36,983 nucleotides of DNA from Nemertoderma westbladi (Eukaryota; Animalia; Xenacoelomorpha). Positions 23,610 through 34,212 of the stretch are shown here, piece by piece; position 1 is the first letter of the stretch, and every line of letters begins with the position of its first letter. Position numbers and translations under genes: made by a program. The stretch spans positions 1-36,983 of the forward strand of contig JAUCBJ010002903.1 in NCBI GenBank assembly GCA_032718475.1. Reading direction: 5' to 3'. Below the pieces are notes generated by a model. The model did not search any database. It was not told where the DNA came from and worked only from the letters and a program-made list of their open reading frames with translations.

Positions 23610-24064
23610 TGCAGTTCAAATGTAAAATAGTAAGCAGGAAATAAATTAGACAAATTATATTTAACTCTATATAATAATTATATGTAAATACTTTTATCGA
23701 CCTACTCAATATAGTCACTTTTTCACTCAAATTTAACGGGGAAAATCACTAAATAAATTAATTATCACTAAAACTATATCTTATCATGCACTAAACATGC
23801 GGACAAAGATACAGGTTTACAGTGGCACCGTTACTCTAACCAAAACAATAAAGGAAATTCATTAAAACAGGTAACAGTTTTATTTTTTATGATAAAAAAA
23901 ATTAAATACATTTTAGTGATATTTAAAATATTTATAAATTATTTAAATTATTTAAAATATTAAAATATATTTTAAAATATCTAATGTCCGAGTTCGCTCG
24001 ACCTAGTAGTAGTAAAATATTTTAGAGAATAAATATGTATATTTTAGTGAGAAAAATTTAGCCA

Positions 24065-24526
24065 TCCAGAGTATTTGGTGTCCTCAGCAGTTAGAGCCCA
24101 GCATGGACTCCCATAGAGGAGTACTGGTACTACTGCTGCTCTAAATAATCGGACCTAGTTTCCGATTAATTCTCGGTGACTTCCAAATCCTGGAAAGCCT
24201 ATTCAAGGCTGCCCATGCCTTTCCCTTACGTATTCGAAGGTCCTCACCTGACTTCCGGATCCATGATCCCAGGTAACAGAAGTCATCCACATGCTCAAGC
24301 ATACCATCTTTTGAGCTCATGCTCATCCGATCAGAGACTTGCGTGAGGACTTTCAAAGTTAACTGTCAAAATGGTCTTTCTGGAGTTAATACAAAGACCA
24401 ACACTAGAAGCAGCATGTTATAATGAGCTGAGGAGCCGTTGGGCTCCCTCTAGTGATTCTGAGAGTACTCCTAAGTCATCAGCAAAGTCTAGATCAGTTA
24501 GGTACTTGGCAGGATTTCCTCGACTT
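24065..24526 (-). mobile_element. RTE-like LINE reverse-transcriptase fragment, disrupted
   Basis: Translates to LDFADD, VDDFCYLGSWI and VLLYGSPCW with a stop and frameshifts. About 24300-24526 is nearly the reverse complement of ~36059-36285. Confidence 0.9.
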
Positions 24527-25821
24527 AGCAACTAGTTAGACCTAGCAACTTAACACGCACCCCCAGATCTCACGGTCAGCCGTACAGTACTGTACCGTTA
24601 GACCTAGCAACTTAACACGCACCCCCAGATCTCACGGTCAGCCGTAGAGTACAGTACCGATAGACCTAGCAGCATAGCACGCACCCCCAGATCTCATGGT
24701 CAACCATACACTTTCCCTTTTCATCCCCGTTCTCAAGCCTAGTGTCCTTGAGGGAGCAAGAGTTTGAGAAAATAATTTGTGGTTGATCTGATTCTTGTCT
24801 AATACATCGAAATTCCGTAAACTAAATGTAGAAAGCTATAATTAGAAAAAAAATAATACCATTTTATTTGAAAAAGGCTCTTTTTCTCACTAATATTTTG
24901 AAAATTGAGTTTAATTAAGCTAACTTTTTTTCACTAATTTCCAGGTATTTTTTTAACTAATTTTTACTTTTTTAAATTAATTTTTTACTTTTTTTAAACT
25001 AACTTTTTACTTTTTTAACTATTTTTTTTTATTTAATGAACTATTTACTACACAATATAATCAAATTGATACATACTTTCATATAATTGAGTAAGTTCCT
25101 GGTACATAATGATTATATAATGTAGACAGAAGCTTGTCGGGTAGCTTACTGTACAGCTAGCTCACACAATCTTCTAAATTAAATTAAATTAATTCATTAA
25201 TTAAATTAATCTTCACAATTAAAATATAGTAATATTATACTGTACGTCGTAAACATAGATAACGCTGGTGATATTTTTTTTCAACTAAAACAATATATTC
25301 GATATAAAAACGTAACGGAAAACACTATTTTCCACTCATTTTCTTTAGCGAAATTCAGATGTTCTTCTGCCCTCGTGTGTTGAGTTTTCCACTCGTTGGC
25401 ATTTTAACAATCGCTTCGCTCGTGCTAAAAACCTTCCAACTCTTGTAAAAACTCAACCACTCGGACACGAATTTCGCTATATTGAAAATGAGTGAAAAAA
25501 GCGGTGTTATCCGCTTACTTTTTTTTTATAGAATAATAGCCCTTTTATGTATTGGGTTTTGTGGGGTCTGTTAGTGTGCCATACACTGAAAAACACTAGT
25601 CAGTATATCTGTATTATGTATGTACCATCATCAAACTTTCGTTGTTTATATTAATAATGCGTACCAAGTGATTTGTGAACTAAACAAAAGGGTCTCTGTA
25701 ATAGCTAGTGAAAATGTTGGCAACTAAATAAAACTACCTGACAATTAGTAAAGTTATGGCCATGAATCGCACGATGTACTACTAATAACAATTCTACAGT
25801 TAGCGTTCGTACGCCAAAGTA

Positions 25822-25852
<31 letters not shown>

Positions 25853-26594
25853 TTAGAGAATTTGGACACAGTCAATAATAACAAACCAAGGCATTGACCA
25901 AATTGAATAATTTTTGATATGTGGCATAATTGACAACCACCTGTTTTTATAACAGGTGGTTATAAAAAAATTTTTGTTACATATTTATAATAATTTAGTG
26001 GTATTTAGTACCCCAAAATCAATAACTTTCACTAAAAAAACACACTCCTCCAAAAAAATGACTTTTGTTTAATGATATTTCGTAAATATCATTAAGAAGC
26101 AGTATTGAACAAGTCTCTGCCAAAATTTCATAATATTCAATATTTTTAATAATATTTATCATCAAAGTTATTAATTTTTAATATTTTCAAAATACATTTC
26201 GATGCCAATAAAATAAGATTTCCCAAAAGGGTTCCTATTGACCGAAAGCCAAATGTAATCCAACAAAAAAAAATTCCATAATTTGTTTAGAAATGGCTGA
26301 GGAGTTGTAGTAGTAGGTCTAATTTGAAAACCCTCCCGCAAAAAAGTCAGACAACTATAACTCGGAAACTAAAACATATCTCGCCCTTTTCGGACTTGAA
26401 ATCCTCATTCAAAATCTGCTCTTGATGAAATAAACAAACAAAAAATCAGAGATTTTTAAAAAAGTATAGCCCCCACCCCCCCCCCCCCCCCCTTCCCTTA
26501 TAAGCATTAATTTTATACGCAAAATAAAATAGATATATATTAGTTCTCTATCTTGTCTAAAATTTCTGGTAAGTTCTGAGTCTACATGGCAGAA

Positions 26595-28097
26595 TCATCT
26601 TTGTTCAGCAGAAATCTCGTAATCCTGGGGAGAAAGTGTACCTCCAAAGCGGAATGTTGTTGGTGGAGACTCATTGCCTTCGGGAACACTGAAGCGGAAT
26701 TGGTGCATTAGAGTCGTGAAAAATATATACAATTCAGATCTCGCCAATTTTTCACCTAAACAAACACGAGGACCGAGTCCAAAGGGTATAAATGATTCAA
26801 CTGAAATTGATTTTCCTTCTTCATCAATAAATCTATTTGGATCAAATTTCATTGGGTCTTTCCATTCATCGTTGAAACACAAGCCGTAAATGCTATAAGA
26901 AAGAAGTGCGTCTTTGGGTATATCAAAATCACCAACACTAAATTTTGAGCTCACTTCATGGATTAAAGGTGCTGGTGCAATGCACCCCCTTCTAAGTGTT
27001 TCTTGAAGAACAGCATTAATGTATACCAATTGATCTTTATCAGAAGGAAGTGGCAAGCGGTTTCTACCAACTACTCTATCAATCTCTTCATGCACCTTAA
27101 CTTGAACTTCGGGATTTAAAATCATAAACAAAAGAGCCCAGTACAAGGCATTGCTTGTCGTTTCACTTCCTGCAAAGAACAGCTCGCGAACTGTCGATAT
27201 GATACTAAACTCATTGAAAACATCGTCAGCAAATCCACGTTTACTTTCTTCTACAAGATACGCATCTATTAAGTCGCTTATACAATTTTCATCAAATACA
27301 TTCCTATGACGATCAATCTCTTCTTTAGCGAATCGATCAATCTCTTTAGTGAGAAGATATACCTTATTTGCGGCAGTTCCAGGAATGTTGATAAACCAAG
27401 ATGTAAATAATGTTGGCGATTGCTGTGCTAGAGATGTAACAAACTGGTCAAGGATGTGCAATTGATTTATAAATTTATCATCATCGTATTCATATCTGTG
27501 GCCAAAGATAAACCCACAAATGATATTGGAAACCGCTGATACAAGAAGTAACCTTGGATTAAACGGCTGCTTTTCTTTCGGAATAAATTCGGTAAGTATT
27601 CGAGCCTCATCTATTATTCTTTCTTCCATGCGATTTTTTCCTAATCCCAAATCACGCATCACAGATAAGGTAAACCGCCTTGTCTCCCTCCAGACGCGTC
27701 CACTGGAATTAAGCAATCCAACAGTATTACCCCTCTTTTTATCATAAGAAACATAATTAAAAACACCGAATTTCGACATTCTATCACTTGTTTTAGACCC
27801 TTGAGTCACAAAAGCATTCTTTATATCTTTATATTCGAGCATATTCATGAACTCTATGTTAAGGAAACGAAGTCGAAATATGCTTCCATATGTTTTCCCC
27901 ATGTTTACCATTGCTTGATGAATGTTATTTCTCTCTTTCCATATCTCCCTCATTAGCCGTGGGTCAAACAAAGGCCACATGAATCGGGGCATGGGTGGCA
28001 ACCTCAGTCCACGGTGTTTGTCAGTTAATCGCAGATATGTAAAAATGAAAATGAAGATAAAAATAGCTAAATATATGAATATATCAGCTGTCATCAT
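26595..28097 (-). CDS. Cytochrome P450, CYP2 clan, copy 3 (500 aa, intronless)
   Basis: Same motifs. Differs from copy 2 at six residues in the supplied translations. Confidence 0.97.
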   Translation of the reverse strand: MMTADIFIYLAIFIFIFIFTYLRLTDKHRGLRLPPMPRFMWPLFDPRLMREIWKERNNIHQAMVNMGKTYGSIFRLRFLNIEFMNMLEYKDIKNAFVTQGSKTSDRMSKFGVFNYVSYDKKRGNTVGLLNSSGRVWRETRRFTLSVMRDLGLGKNRMEERIIDEARILTEFIPKEKQPFNPRLLLVSAVSNIICGFIFGHRYEYDDDKFINQLHILDQFVTSLAQQSPTLFTSWFINIPGTAANKVYLLTKEIDRFAKEEIDRHRNVFDENCISDLIDAYLVEESKRGFADDVFNEFSIISTVRELFFAGSETTSNALYWALLFMILNPEVQVKVHEEIDRVVGRNRLPLPSDKDQLVYINAVLQETLRRGCIAPAPLIHEVSSKFSVGDFDIPKDALLSYSIYGLCFNDEWKDPMKFDPNRFIDEEGKSISVESFIPFGLGPRVCLGEKLARSELYIFFTTLMHQFRFSVPEGNESPPTTFRFGGTLSPQDYEISAEQR

Positions 28098-29782
28098 TGC
28101 AGTTCAAATGTATAATAGTAAGCGGGAAATAAATTAGACAAATTATATTTAACTCTATATAATAATCTATATGTAAATACTTTTATCGACCTACTCAATA
28201 TAGTCACTTTTTCACTCAAATTTAACGGGGAAAATCACTAAATAAATTAATTATCACTAAAATATATTTATCATGACTAAACATGGGAAAAAAGAAGGTT
28301 TACAGTGGCACGTTATTCTAACCAAAACAATAAAGGAAATTCATTAAAACAGGTAACAGTTTTATTTTTTATGATAAAAAAAATTAAATACATTTTAGTG
28401 ATATTTAAAATATTTTAGAGAATAAAAATATATTTTAGTGAGAAAAATTTAGCCAAAAAACATTTCATTTAGTAGAAAGCATTTGCTTTAGTGACCAATA
28501 TAATTAATGCGCTTATGCTTTAGTATCTACAAGAAATCCGCACGTCCAGCTAGTCGTTGTGTGTATTGAGGGCAGTGTTTATGGAGGATCTGTGAGCGTC
28601 ACACTCACCACACACACAAACTCTAGTGATCTAATCTTGAATAATCTTCCTGGTCATATAGCTATTGCCTGACTCGACTGGCTAACTTTAAGCGGTGAAA
28701 TTGCAAGGCTGGGATTCTTTGGCAATAACATGTCACCACAATTATAGAGCAAATCATTGCTAATTTCCAACATTGTGCACCTGCCTAACATTCTGGTAGA
28801 GGACTATTTGCCATCATGGATCCGGTATATCTCAGCAACACCACCATAGAGTATCACAGACTCCAGTGATGCACTGTTAAGTCACACGGGCTGATTTTCA
28901 GACAAATACAGCTAGACGTCAGCAGCTGGTAGACCATTTTACGGATGCGGATGTGGGGATGTGTTCTACCACTGTTTCCAAAGAACAGATAACACAAGTC
29001 ATCAACATGCCAGCATATTCTTCCAGAGGTCCTTCAACTGATGGTTGGCCTCAATGTTTACTTATTTTATTTTTCCTGTTATATTAATAAAAATACCACC
29101 ATTGGAGGCAACGTGGTGTAATTCCCTTTACGTCCCCGACGGAACACCAATGTCATGGATCGGGATTAATTCAACTCGCTGTTAAATACCAGCGGGAGCG
29201 GCGTTATTTAAGCAATTTTTAATAAACTGTAAGGAATGTGTTCAGATGGGAATGAGGTCATATTATTAGTGACAGGTGGTGGTTGGTTCATCGCGTGTGG
29301 TACAATACAAAGTCCACTCTATAACTAATTATTGATGGATTAAGAATTATTAAATAAAGGGATTGCAGTATGTGTTGATAGTTATGACGACATAATAACA
29401 TCATCATAGTGATAAATTTGAACCAATGAGAAGGTAGAAATAATAATTCCATTACTAATCCTCAACTAAATGCCAGCACGAGCCCCGCCAATGACGACAT
29501 CTACATTTTATTATATATATTATTTGGCCTTTTCCAGGCCCAATTAGTACCGCAATATTAACTAATAACGTAATAGTATAATATAATCAAAAATTATTAT
29601 ACAGTACGACATAATTATAAAATTATCAACTTATTATTGGAAGTTATCCTTTGTTTCTAAGAGCCGGTAGGGAAAGTGGATAGCAGATTTCGCGAAAAAA
29701 TACAGTCCTATTTAACAGCCATTTTATATATATATATTCGCAGTAATGGGTGTAAAAGATATATAATTTTTAGGAAAATGGG

Positions 29783-30058
29783 ACCATGTGAAGTATACCA
29801 GACTTTCTGCTGTTATTTCTCACTTTGTAGTTTACCCCCATGTGAAGAATACCAGGTTTTCACTAAAACCACAGGTATCAGAAGAGCTGATTCTAACCAA
29901 AACCATAAACGAATAAGTATCTATACAGGTTATAAGACAGGAATAAGCGCTATAAAACACTTAATAAAGATAAATTTAAAAAAATAAAACATCTTCATAT
30001 ATATAATTCCAATATAATTTCGACCGAAAAGTGAAAACCTGGTATTCTTCACATGGGG
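29783..30058. mobile_element. ~277-bp MITE, copy 2
   Basis: Colinear homologue of 7106-7382, with TIRs CCATGTGAAGTATACCAG / CTGGTATTCTTCACATGG. Confidence 0.8.
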
Positions 30059-30472
30059 GGTATCGGGAAAATGTGTTCAAATTCGTTGGCGTGATACTCG
30101 TGAATTCGTTTGGGGTCGGTGTCAAAAACCCGCACCTACAAACGTGTGTGGTGCGGGGGCGAGTTGAGTGTAAATCAGTGAGATTCCAAGAATCAGTGAG
30201 AATTAAGAAATAAATTGTGTCAGGAGAAACCCGAGATTACTTTGAATTCCAATGGCATCAGAAACTAACCCTAAAAGGGATAATGTACTGGGAGATTCGC
30301 ATTATTCCCGGTAGGCCTATCAACCGGAGGCGAAGGGATTTAAGAGTAGGAAGGGCTTGTTACATACCGTATTGTACGGAGTCAAAGGATGTCATATGGC
30401 AGTGTTTGTATCATGTGTCCCTCTAGTTCTACCAGAAACCGGGAGGCAGTGAGAGCTAATAAATAATGAAAT

Positions 30473-30533
30473 GGCCAATCGAATGCTCTTTAACACACAC
30501 TGTTGATGACGTCATTTCGGTTGTCATAGCGAT
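30473..30533 (+). promoter_or_regulatory. Candidate promoter: CCAAT box (GGCCAATCG, 30473-30481), full CRE (ATGACGTCAT, 30506-30515) and an imperfect RFX X-box-like site (GTTGTCATAGCGAT, 30520-30533)
   Basis: Motifs were read directly, 145-205 bp upstream of the ATG at 30679. Function is inferred. Confidence 0.6.
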
Positions 30534-30678
30534 AGGCAGAAAGGCTTTAAGATTTTAACACTCAGATTAAATGCTCATTTATTGTACAAAAGTAGCCAAA
30601 AACATTTAATAACTTTGTAAATTATTTACATTTAATAGTCTTATATTTTTCATTTGAACACAAAATATCTCAAGAACA

Positions 30679-30777
30679 ATGACGATCGCCGATCAACTTG
30701 AATCAACTTCGGGACGCTTCAGACAACGCCGAAACGCTTTGGCTGACATTTGGGATGAACTAGAAGATTCAAATCTG
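30679..30777 (+). CDS. PKI-like multi-motif protein, coding exon 1 (MTIADQLESTSGRFRQRRNALADIWDELEDSNL); not in the ORF track
   Basis: ATG in ACAATG context, 33 codons, donor CTG|GTAAAT at 30778. Carries the same motif as exon 2 and joins it in phase 0. Confidence 0.8.
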
Positions 30778-30964
30778 GTAAATAAGTCGTAATTATCGTT
30801 GTTCCATGTTATATTATTGGTAGGGTATTCTTAGGACTTTAGGATTACATGGCAGTATTAATTAGGGTTTAGGCGGTCAATACTGTTAGTAATAGTAAAT
30901 AAATAGTAATGTTACAAATGGATCATGTGTGATTTTATTTTTTAATTGATTTGTTTGATTTTAG

Positions 30965-31609
30965 ATTAACGATGAAGATGATTTCGCCCCACCGATAAGA
31001 AAGAGACGCAACGCGATGGCAAACATAAGAGAAGGACTGAGTGACAGCGACATTGAGATCCTGGCTACGGTGGCCACACTACGGGACCACAGACGCTGGA
31101 TAAAGTCTGAAAGCAGGAAACCGGGAAGACGAGAGCGACGGAACGGTATGGCGAACATCCTGGAGGGATTGGACCTCAACTGTCTGGAGATGTTGGGAGG
31201 CGAGACGGAGTGTGACATCCCGGTCCCGGACGAGAACGTCGGAGGGAAGAGAAGGAGAAACGGAGTGGCGAACATCCTGAATGGGATAACCGTCGAGGAG
31301 ATCGAGTTACTGAGTCGCATACGACCGAGCGAAGAGATTATGGACGAGGTGCACAACCAGATTCGAGGGCGAGCTATCTGTCGGAGCGATAGTACGGGAT
31401 CTATGGGACGCAGTGATAGCTGGGGCTGCGATAGTGTGAAGTATATGGGACGGAGCGACAGTAGCGATGGTAACGGGCAGACGAGAGCGACGAAACCCTG
31501 CGCGGGAAACCGTCGTAACGGATTGGCTAATATATTCGCAGGTCTACATCCCAACGAGGTCAACGCGATTCTGTTGTTGGCAAGGAGACCGCCAAGTACG
31601 GTTGATTAA
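30965..31609 (+). CDS. PKI-like multi-motif protein, coding exon 2 (INDEDDFAPPIRKRRNAMANI...RRPPSTVD); spliced product 247 aa
   Basis: Acceptor TTTGTTTGATTTTAG ending at 30964, in frame with ORF 31016-31609. GC-rich coding-like block with four RRN[A/G][M/V/L]ANI repeats. Confidence 0.85.
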   Translation: MNDEDDFAPPIRKRRNAMANIREGLSDSDIEILATVATLRDHRRWIKSESRKPGRRERRNGMANILEGLDLNCLEMLGGETECDIPVPDENVGGKRRRNGVANILNGITVEEIELLSRIRPSEEIMDEVHNQIRGRAICRSDSTGSMGRSDSWGCDSVKYMGRSDSSDGNGQTRATKPCAGNRRNGLANIFAGLHPNEVNAILLLARRPPSTVD

Positions 31610-31997
31610 CTAACTACCTGTAACTCATCAGTCGTACCAACAAAACTGTAGCTAAGGGCACCAACTAATTACTTGCAGTAACTGTACTATGTAACCAGAA
31701 CTTATTAACGTAACGCACGACTTATTTAATAATTTATTCACACTCTGCTTCACAAACTGTAACATAAATTTACAACCTCCGTATTTATATTGCAACTCAA
31801 CGTAACTAATTTCACAGAGGCGTTGGATTTCGAATGTAACTTTAAAATAATTAAAGACGTTAAATATTAAACGTGTTAAAAAAAGAACCCTGCAAGGGGG
31901 AATGGCGCTCGAGATAGACTTCAACTCACTGCTCTATTATTATTAACTGAAACAAAATACAATATTTGAATGGGAGAATCTTTTAGGCTCGTTATGC

Positions 31998-34060
31998 CAA
32001 GGAATGCCTGTTCACCACCATGGGTGATCTTCCACAGTAAACCCTTCCACTTTATTTCCCAAAGGAATGCCTGTTCACCGCCATGTGTGATCTTCCACAA
32101 TAAACTCTTCCACTCTGTTTCCTAAAGGAATGCCTCTTTACCACCATTGGTGTTCTTCCACAGTAAACCCTTCCACTTTATTTCCCAAAGGAATGCCTGT
32201 TCACCACCATGGGTGATCTTCCACAATAAACTCTTCCACTCTGTTTCCTAAAGGAATGCCTCTTTACCACCATTGGTGTTCTTCCACAGTAAACCCTGCC
32301 ACTATATATGTTTCCTAAAGGAATGCCTGTTCACCACCATGGGTGATCTTCCACAATAAACCCTTCCACTCTGTTTCCCAAGTGAATGCCGGTTCACCAC
32401 CATGGGTGATCTTCCACAGTAAACCCTTCCAGTCTGTTTCCTAAAGGAATGCCTGTTTACCACCATGGGTGATCTTCCACAATTAAACCCTTCCACTCTG
32501 TTTTCTAAAGGAATGCCTGTTCACGACCATGTGTGTATGTGATCTTCCACAGTAAACCCTCCACTCTGTTTCCCAAAGGAATGCCTGTTTAAGTGTTTAC
32601 CAGTTACCACCATTGGTGTTCTTCCACAGTAAACCCTCCCAATCTGTTTCCTAAAGAGAATGCCTGTTCCCCACCATGTGTGATCTTCCACAGTATACCC
32701 TTCCACTCTGTTTCCCAAAGGAATGCCTGTTTGTTTACCACCATTGGTGTTCTTTCTCAGTAAACCCTTCCACTCTGTTTCCTAAAGGAATGCCTGTTCC
32801 CCACCATGTGTGATCTTCCACAATAAACACTTCCACTCTGTTTCCCAAATGAATGCCTGTTTGTTTACCACCATTGGTGTTCTTTCACAGTAAACCCTTC
32901 CACTATGTTTCCTAAAGGAATGCCTGCTTGCCACCATGGGTGATCTTCCACAGTAAACCCTTCCACTCTATTTCCCAAAGGAATGCCTGTTCACCGTCAT
33001 GTGTGATCTTCCATAATAAACTCTTCCACTCTGTTTCCTAAAGGAATGCCTATTCACCACCTGGGTGATCTTCCACAGTAAACCCTTCCAGTCTGTTTTC
33101 TAAAGGAATGCCTCTTTACCACCATTGGTGCTCTTCCACAGTAAACCCTGCCACTATATATGTTTCCTAAAGGAGTGCCTGTTCCCCACCATGTGTGATC
33201 TTCCACAGTAAACCCTTCTACTCTGTTTCCTAGAGGAATAGCTGTTCACCGTCATGTGTGATCTTCCTTAATAAACTCTTCGACTCTGTTTCCTAAAGGA
33301 ATGCCTATTCACCACCTGGGTGATCTTCCACAGTAAACCCTTCCAGTCTGTTTCCTAAAGGAATGCCTCTTTACCACCATTGGTGCTCTTCCACAGTAAA
33401 CCCTGCCACTATATATGTTTCCTAAAGGAATGCCTGTTCCCCACCATGGGTGATCTTCCACAATAAACCCTTCCACTCTGTTTCCCAAAGGAATGCCTGT
33501 TTGTTTACCACCATTGGTGTTCTTTCACAGTAAACCCTTCCACTCTGTTTCCTAAAGGAATGCCTGCTTGCCACCATGGGTGATCTTCCACAGTAAACCC
33601 TTCCACTCGTTTCCTAAAGGAATGCCTGTTCACCACCATGTGTGATCTTCCACACTAAACCCTTCTACTCTGTTTCCTAGAGGAATGCCTGTTCACCACC
33701 TTAGGTGATCTTCCACAATAAACCCTTCCACTCTGTTTCCCAAGTGAATGCCGGTTTACCACCATGGGTGATCTTCCACAGTAAACCCTTCCACTCTGTT
33801 TCCTAAAGGAATGCCTGTTTACCACCATGGGTGATCTTCCACAATTAAACCCTTCCACTATGTTTCCTAAAGGAATGCCAGTTCACCACCATGTGTGTGT
33901 GTGATCTTCCACGGTAAACCCTCCACTCTGGTTCCTATAGGAATGCCAGTTCACCACCATGGGTGATCTTCCACAATAAACCGTTCCACTCTGTTTCCTA
34001 AACGAATGCCTGTTCCCCACCATGTCTGACCACAGTAAACCCTACGACTCTGTTTCCCAA
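31998..34060. repeat. ~63-bp satellite, ~32 diverged copies
   Basis: Unit TTTCCTAAAGGAATGCCTGTTCACCACCATGGGTGATCTTCCACAGTAAACCCTTCCACTCTG. Confidence 0.97.
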
Positions 34061-34212
34061 GTTGCCTTGATTCCAATTTATCGACTACTAAAGGATGATA
34101 GCCAGGGTTGGGCTAGGCTGCAGCATTTAAAGCACTATGCCCAAACAGTACTATCTAGGGATCGAACCAGGGCTTCATAATTGAAAACCCACCACTAGCA
34201 ATAGCTGCTGCT
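34055..34212 (-). mobile_element. tRNA-derived SINE-like head
   Basis: The minus strand reads an A-box-like TTGCTAGTGG and a B-box GGTTCGATCCC, then CATCCTTTAGTAGTCGATAAATTG, reminiscent of the Deu/Nin SINE central domain. It runs directly into the 63-bp array. Confidence 0.5.

Larger units (their letters stand above)
20140..28455. repeat. Tandem segmental duplication: unit A ~20140-24064, unit B ~24535-28455, each with satellite tail, spacer, CYP and upstream region
   Basis: Long near-identical non-coding flanks. Indels: B has extra ~25595-25875, and A has extra ~21605-21860 and ~23935-24015. Confidence 0.93.

Noticed and set aside
25823-26493. Long G/C homopolymers (also near 7017, 11307 and 36694)
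   Set aside because: Common in this window and unreliable in length in assemblies. No specific function can be supported.
17668-28137. Recurrent 63-83 aa plus-strand ORFs within the CYP genes
   Set aside because: They are antisense shadows, repeated only because the CYPs are duplicated.
28560-29060. Moderately GC-rich stretch as a missing EVI5 exon or other gene
   Set aside because: No sustained ORF or recognisable motif. It may be decayed mobile DNA, but I cannot support a call.
30961-31563. 200-aa minus-strand ORF
   Set aside because: Antisense shadow of the PKI-like exon. The splice sites and repeated motifs support the plus strand.
32302-33858. 64-67 aa ORFs in the 63-bp array
   Set aside because: The unit length is a multiple of three, so short repeat ORFs arise by chance. 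The frames are broken by frequent indels.
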